Under the pieces are notes generated by a model. That model made no database searches and was not told the origin of the DNA. It saw only the letters and a list, made by a program, of their open reading frames with translations. Below are positions 33,905-37,225 of a stretch of DNA of 37,225 nucleotides, piece by piece. Numbering within the stretch: position 1 is the first letter of the stretch; every line of letters begins with the position of its first letter. The position numbers were made by a program, and so were the translations under genes. Origin of the DNA: an uncultured bacterium. GTDB taxonomy: Bacteria; Methylomirabilota; Methylomirabilia; Rokubacteriales; CSP1-6. The DNA is taken from the NCBI GenBank assembly GCA_964342905.1, contig CAYFIG010000001.1:1-37225 (forward strand), given 5' to 3'.

Positions 33905-35443
33905 TTAGACCACCCTCCGGAGGGCTGCCCAGCCGAGCGCGCCGAGCGCGAGCCCGAGGCAGGCGTAGGCGAAGAGATCGCCGTAACGGGTGTAAAACGT
34001 GGTCCGGGTCCGACCCACCAGGTGGCCCACCAGGACGCCGCGCTGAAAGAGCCCCAGGACCTGGCGGATCCGACCGGTCGGCTCGATCATCGCGGATACG
34101 CCAGTGTTGGCAGCTCGCGCGATGGCGACCCGGTTCTCCACGGCCCGGAGTGGGAGCACCGCGAGGTGCTGCCACGGGCCGCTGGTTTTGCCGAACCACG
34201 CGTCGTTCGTCATGTTCACCATGAACCGAGCCCCGTTCGCCACGAACTGGCGGAAGAGTTCGGGGAAAAGCCCCTCGTAACAGATCACCACCCCGAAGGG
34301 TACCTTTTGGAACGGGAACACTGCGTGAACCGTTCCTGATTCCAACTCGGAGATGAACTCCGCCCATCCTCTGACAAAGCCGAGGAGTGGACTCAGCGGC
34401 ACGTACTCTCCGAACGGAACGAGATGTATTTTATCATACTTGGCCGCGATGCCTTCTTTCCTCAGGAAAAACGCGCTGTTGAAGTAGCGTCGAGGGGTCC
34501 CGGGCGCCGCATCCAACGCCCCCAGCACGAGCGGCGCCCGCACCTCTCTCGACATAGCGCGAAGCCGCTCGAGCGTGGCGGGGTCGTGCCGGAGAGAGAT
34601 GGGAGCCGCGGTCTCAGGCCAGATCACCAACGCCGGGGAGGCCTGACCCGCTTCGACGGTGAGCGCCCGGTACACATCCAGGGTCTGGGCCAGAACGCCA
34701 GCATCCCACTTTCGGGCTTGGTCAATAGAGGGCTGGACCACGGCGACCCGGAGGGTGCCGTTAGCGCTCCCCGCGAGCGCCTGCCAGCCGACGGCGAGAG
34801 TGAGCAGAAGCAGGGCTGCGGCGGCCGCGAGCCCGCCTCGAGCCCTGGAGAGACCGAGGACCACGACGGAAGCGATCGCCGCATTCACGCTCCCGATGAG
34901 GAACGACACGCCGTACACGCCCGTCCACTCTGCGATCTGAATCACGGGGAGCACAAACGCTTGAGAGTAGCCGAGCAATCCCCAGGGAAATCCCGAAAGG
35001 ACATGACCCCTGAGCCACTCGCCCGCAACCCAGAGGAATGGCGCTGCACCGAGGCCGAACCCGGGCCCCCGGCGGCGGCAGAGCCAGCTGACCGCGCTCG
35101 CGACCAGCCCAGCGTAGAGTCCGCAGTACCCAGCCAGCCCGAGGATGGGAAGCCAGGTGAGGGGCCAGGGAATCGCACTGTAGGTCTGGAAGGTGTAGTC
35201 GAGCCACCGGAGGAGGAGGGTGAAGAACGCAAATCCGTAAAGCCATCCGTCGGACAAAGCCTGGCGAGGGCTTCGCACCAGGGCGCAGGAGAAAACTGGG
35301 ACCAGCGAAATCCAGATGAGCAAGTGCCAGTTGACGCCCGGATAGGCGAGGACTCCGAGGACTGCCGAGGCGAGGAGGAGTGAGAGCCTGACTCGGGCAT
35401 TACCGAGTACACCAAGCCCCGGGGCCGCAGGATCAGCGGCCAT
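33905..35443 (-). CDS. lnt: apolipoprotein N-acyltransferase
   Basis: 512 aa with a multi-TM N-terminal half and a CN-hydrolase domain (VVQPSI...VICYEGLFPE...NDAWFG). Confidence 0.9.
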   Translation of the reverse strand: MAADPAAPGLGVLGNARVRLSLLLASAVLGVLAYPGVNWHLLIWISLVPVFSCALVRSPRQALSDGWLYGFAFFTLLLRWLDYTFQTYSAIPWPLTWLPILGLAGYCGLYAGLVASAVSWLCRRRGPGFGLGAAPFLWVAGEWLRGHVLSGFPWGLLGYSQAFVLPVIQIAEWTGVYGVSFLIGSVNAAIASVVVLGLSRARGGLAAAAALLLLTLAVGWQALAGSANGTLRVAVVQPSIDQARKWDAGVLAQTLDVYRALTVEAGQASPALVIWPETAAPISLRHDPATLERLRAMSREVRAPLVLGALDAAPGTPRRYFNSAFFLRKEGIAAKYDKIHLVPFGEYVPLSPLLGFVRGWAEFISELESGTVHAVFPFQKVPFGVVICYEGLFPELFRQFVANGARFMVNMTNDAWFGKTSGPWQHLAVLPLRAVENRVAIARAANTGVSAMIEPTGRIRQVLGLFQRGVLVGHLVGRTRTTFYTRYGDLFAYACLGLALGALGWAALRRVV

Positions 35444-36164
35444 AGGCCAGCCGCTCGCCGAGGATTCGCGGCAGCCCGGATCGATAGATCTTGGCCTGGG
35501 CCGTTACCGTATCGTAGGCCACCCGGTGGATGGTCACGCTGGACGCCTCGAGATCCCACACGGCGTAGGCGGCTCGCGGGTCACCGTCCCGGGGCTGCCC
35601 CACGCTCCCGACGTTCACGATGAATCGACGATCGGGGTCAAGGGAAACGGTTTGCTGACCGGGAAGGAAGCGGTCTCCCTCCTCTCCCCGCGCCCAGACC
35701 GCCGGCCGATGGGAGTGACCGACGAAGCAGAGCCGACCGGGAAAGAAGTCGAACACCTCGAAGCCATCCTGGGGAGTGATGAGGTACTCCCACCTCTGCG
35801 GAGTACGCGGGCTTGAGTGCACCAGCGTGGTGCCGTGGAGCGTAAGCGTGAGCGGAAGCTTTGTCAGGTACGCGCGCGCTTCGTCAGCGAGCTGCGAGGC
35901 TGTCCAGAGCGCGGCGGCCCGGGCCACCGGGTTGAACCAGTCGAGGTCAAGAAGCCCCACGCTGCCGTGTTCGTGGTTTCCGACGACCACGGCCGTGCAC
36001 CGTCGGCGAACGGTCTCCAGACACGGACCTGGGTCGGCGCCGTACCCCACCACATCGCCCAGGCAGACAAGCCCGTCCACTCCCAGCTGCTCTGCGTGGG
36101 TGAGAACGGCGGTCAGGGCCTCCAGGTTTGCGTGGATGTCAGCGAGAAGCGCGTAGCGGATCAG
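35433..36164 (-). CDS. calcineurin-like metallophosphoesterase (YfcE/MJ0936-like); start codon non-canonical or unresolved
   Basis: Motif II CLGDVVGYG and motif III VVVGNHEHG lie in the track ORF (GTG at 36080). Motif I (LIRYALLADIHAN) is in frame upstream, with no ATG, GTG or TTG available. The candidate starts are CTG at 36164 or ATC at 36161. Confidence 0.75.
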   Translation of the reverse strand: MIRYALLADIHANLEALTAVLTHAEQLGVDGLVCLGDVVGYGADPGPCLETVRRRCTAVVVGNHEHGSVGLLDLDWFNPVARAAALWTASQLADEARAYLTKLPLTLTLHGTTLVHSSPRTPQRWEYLITPQDGFEVFDFFPGRLCFVGHSHRPAVWARGEEGDRFLPGQQTVSLDPDRRFIVNVGSVGQPRDGDPRAAYAVWDLEASSVTIHRVAYDTVTAQAKIYRSGLPRILGERLAYGR

Positions 36165-36180
36165 AGGGCCTCGGCCAGGA

Positions 36181-36597
36181 TCAGGGAGTGGGCCGGAGCT
36201 CCTTTCGGACCCGATCCAAAATCCCGTTGATGAACCGGCTGGACTCTTGGGTACTGAACTTCTTTGCGACTTCCAGCGCCTCGTTAATTGCCACCTTGGG
36301 AGGGACCTCGGTCAGCCAGAGAAGCTCGAAGATCCCTTCGCGAAGAATGTTGCGGTCAACCACCGCCATCCGCTTCAGGTCCCAGTGCTCGGTATACTGA
36401 ATGATCAGCTCATCGATCTTTGGCTGGTGGAGCTTGGTCCCGCGGACCAGGGCCTCCGTAAAGGCCCGCACCTCGGGATACACGGGGTGTCGGCTCCAGA
36501 ACTCCGACAGGTGGGGGCTAGGATCCGTCTCGTCCCAGAGGTCAAGCTGGTAGAGAAGCTGAAGCGCGAGCTCGCGGGCCTTTCGTCGCTTGCCCAT
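36181..36597 (-). CDS. nusB: transcription antitermination factor NusB
   Basis: 138 aa with RRKARELALQLLYQLD and the overall NusB layout. It sits directly after ribH, which is the conserved ribH-nusB pair. Confidence 0.92.
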   Translation of the reverse strand: MGKRRKARELALQLLYQLDLWDETDPSPHLSEFWSRHPVYPEVRAFTEALVRGTKLHQPKIDELIIQYTEHWDLKRMAVVDRNILREGIFELLWLTEVPPKVAINEALEVAKKFSTQESSRFINGILDRVRKELRPTP

Positions 36598-37137
36598 TTA
36601 TCTGAGGCGGGGCCTAGACCCAGCTCCCCCAGCGACCCTGGCACCGCGCCCGCGGCCCGGGCGCGGCAGGCCGAGAACCCACTCGGCCATCTCAAGGGCC
36701 GCCAGCGCAGCCTCCTCGCCGCGGTTGCCCCGAGCCCCGCCAGCGCGGTCCCAGGCCTGGTCCTCGGTCAACGCCGTCACGACCCCGAAGGAAATCGGGA
36801 TCCCCGTATGCATGGCAGCTTCGCGAATCCCGGCAGCGGCCTCGCGTGCCACAAGCTCGAAATGGGGCGTCTGGCCTCTGATCACCACGCCCAGGCAGAC
36901 CAGCGCGGCAAAGCGGCGGGTCAACGCGAGCTTGAGCGCTGCCTGCGGGAGCTCAAAGGAGCCGGGCACCCAGTGAACCTCCACGGCGTCGGAAGACACG
37001 CCGTGGCTCCTGAAGACTTCGAGCGCCCCGTCAAGGAGGCGCTTCGAGATGGGTTCGTTGAAGCGGGCTGCGATGATTCCAAAGCGCCGGCGGCCCGTCG
37101 CAGCGCGAATCTGACGCGTCGGCGCTCGGCCGGCCAT
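36598..37137 (-). CDS. ribH: 6,7-dimethyl-8-ribityllumazine synthase
   Basis: 179 aa from the ATG at 37137, with RFGIIAARFNEPI, WVPGSFELP, GVVIRGQTPHFE and a roughly 25-aa Arg/Gly-rich C-terminal tail. The track starts at the TTG at 37146. Confidence 0.92.
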   Translation of the reverse strand: MAGRAPTRQIRAATGRRRFGIIAARFNEPISKRLLDGALEVFRSHGVSSDAVEVHWVPGSFELPQAALKLALTRRFAALVCLGVVIRGQTPHFELVAREAAAGIREAAMHTGIPISFGVVTALTEDQAWDRAGGARGNRGEEAALAALEMAEWVLGLPRPGRGRGARVAGGAGSRPRLR

Positions 37138-37144
37138 ACTAGTC

Positions 37145-37225
37145 AAAGGAGAGGGAGGAGAGGAAGTAGGGGAGGAGGGAAGGAAGGAGGGAGGAAGAGG
37201 AGGAAGGAGAGGAGAGAAGAAGAGG
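37145..37225. repeat. 81-nt homopurine/homopyrimidine tract (irregular GGA/GGAGG/GAA units), truncated by the window end
   Basis: On the plus strand, 80 of 81 bases are A or G (the single T is in ggaagtagg). The tract lies immediately upstream of ribH on the coding strand, where it reads as a CU-rich run. Confidence 0.9.

Noticed and set aside
1-37225. CRISPR arrays, insertion sequences, integrases, prophage or defence-island content
   Set aside because: I saw no short regularly spaced repeats, no terminal inverted repeats flanking an ORF, and no transposase- or integrase-like ORF. Apart from the 7559-8596 gap the window is uniformly GC-rich and gene order is core-genome-like.

Overview
GC-rich chromosomal segment from a diderm (LPS-producing) bacterium. 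Phylum cannot be assigned by eye. Every gene I can support lies on the minus strand, often with 4-23 nt start/stop overlaps, so the window reads as a few long operons. Long plus-strand ORFs in the track are antisense shadows of these genes.

Block 1 (1-7558): the promoter-proximal part of a gas-vesicle locus. In transcription order it holds a REC-DHp protein, an NtrC-type sigma54 activator, a sigma54 promoter, a soluble PAS histidine kinase, a CheY-like regulator, and gvpA. These are followed by two paralogous coiled-coil proteins, a small membrane-anchored ORF, a protein with six CxxCxGxG zinc-finger motifs, gvpN, and the first codons of a further gene.

Block 2 (7559-8596): a roughly 1 kb non-coding gap of visibly lower GC. 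It holds a second, consensus-perfect sigma54 promoter followed about 100 nt later by an intrinsic-terminator-like hairpin.

Block 3 (8597-25510): an outer-membrane biogenesis supercluster. In transcription order: bamA, skp, lpxD, lpxA, a Gfo/Idh/MocA oxidoreductase, lpxI, lpxB, waaA, lpxK, a GT9 heptosyltransferase and five GT4 glycosyltransferases.

Block 4 (25555-37137): housekeeping genes. These are clpC, ilvE, lolD, lolC/E, lysS, prfB (with the classical +1 frameshift site), lnt, a metallophosphoesterase, nusB and ribH. The window ends in an 81-nt homopurine tract.

I saw no rRNA, tRNA, CRISPR array, transposase or integrase. The most interesting material is the sigma54/phosphorelay wiring around gvpA and the non-canonical genes between gvpA and gvpN.
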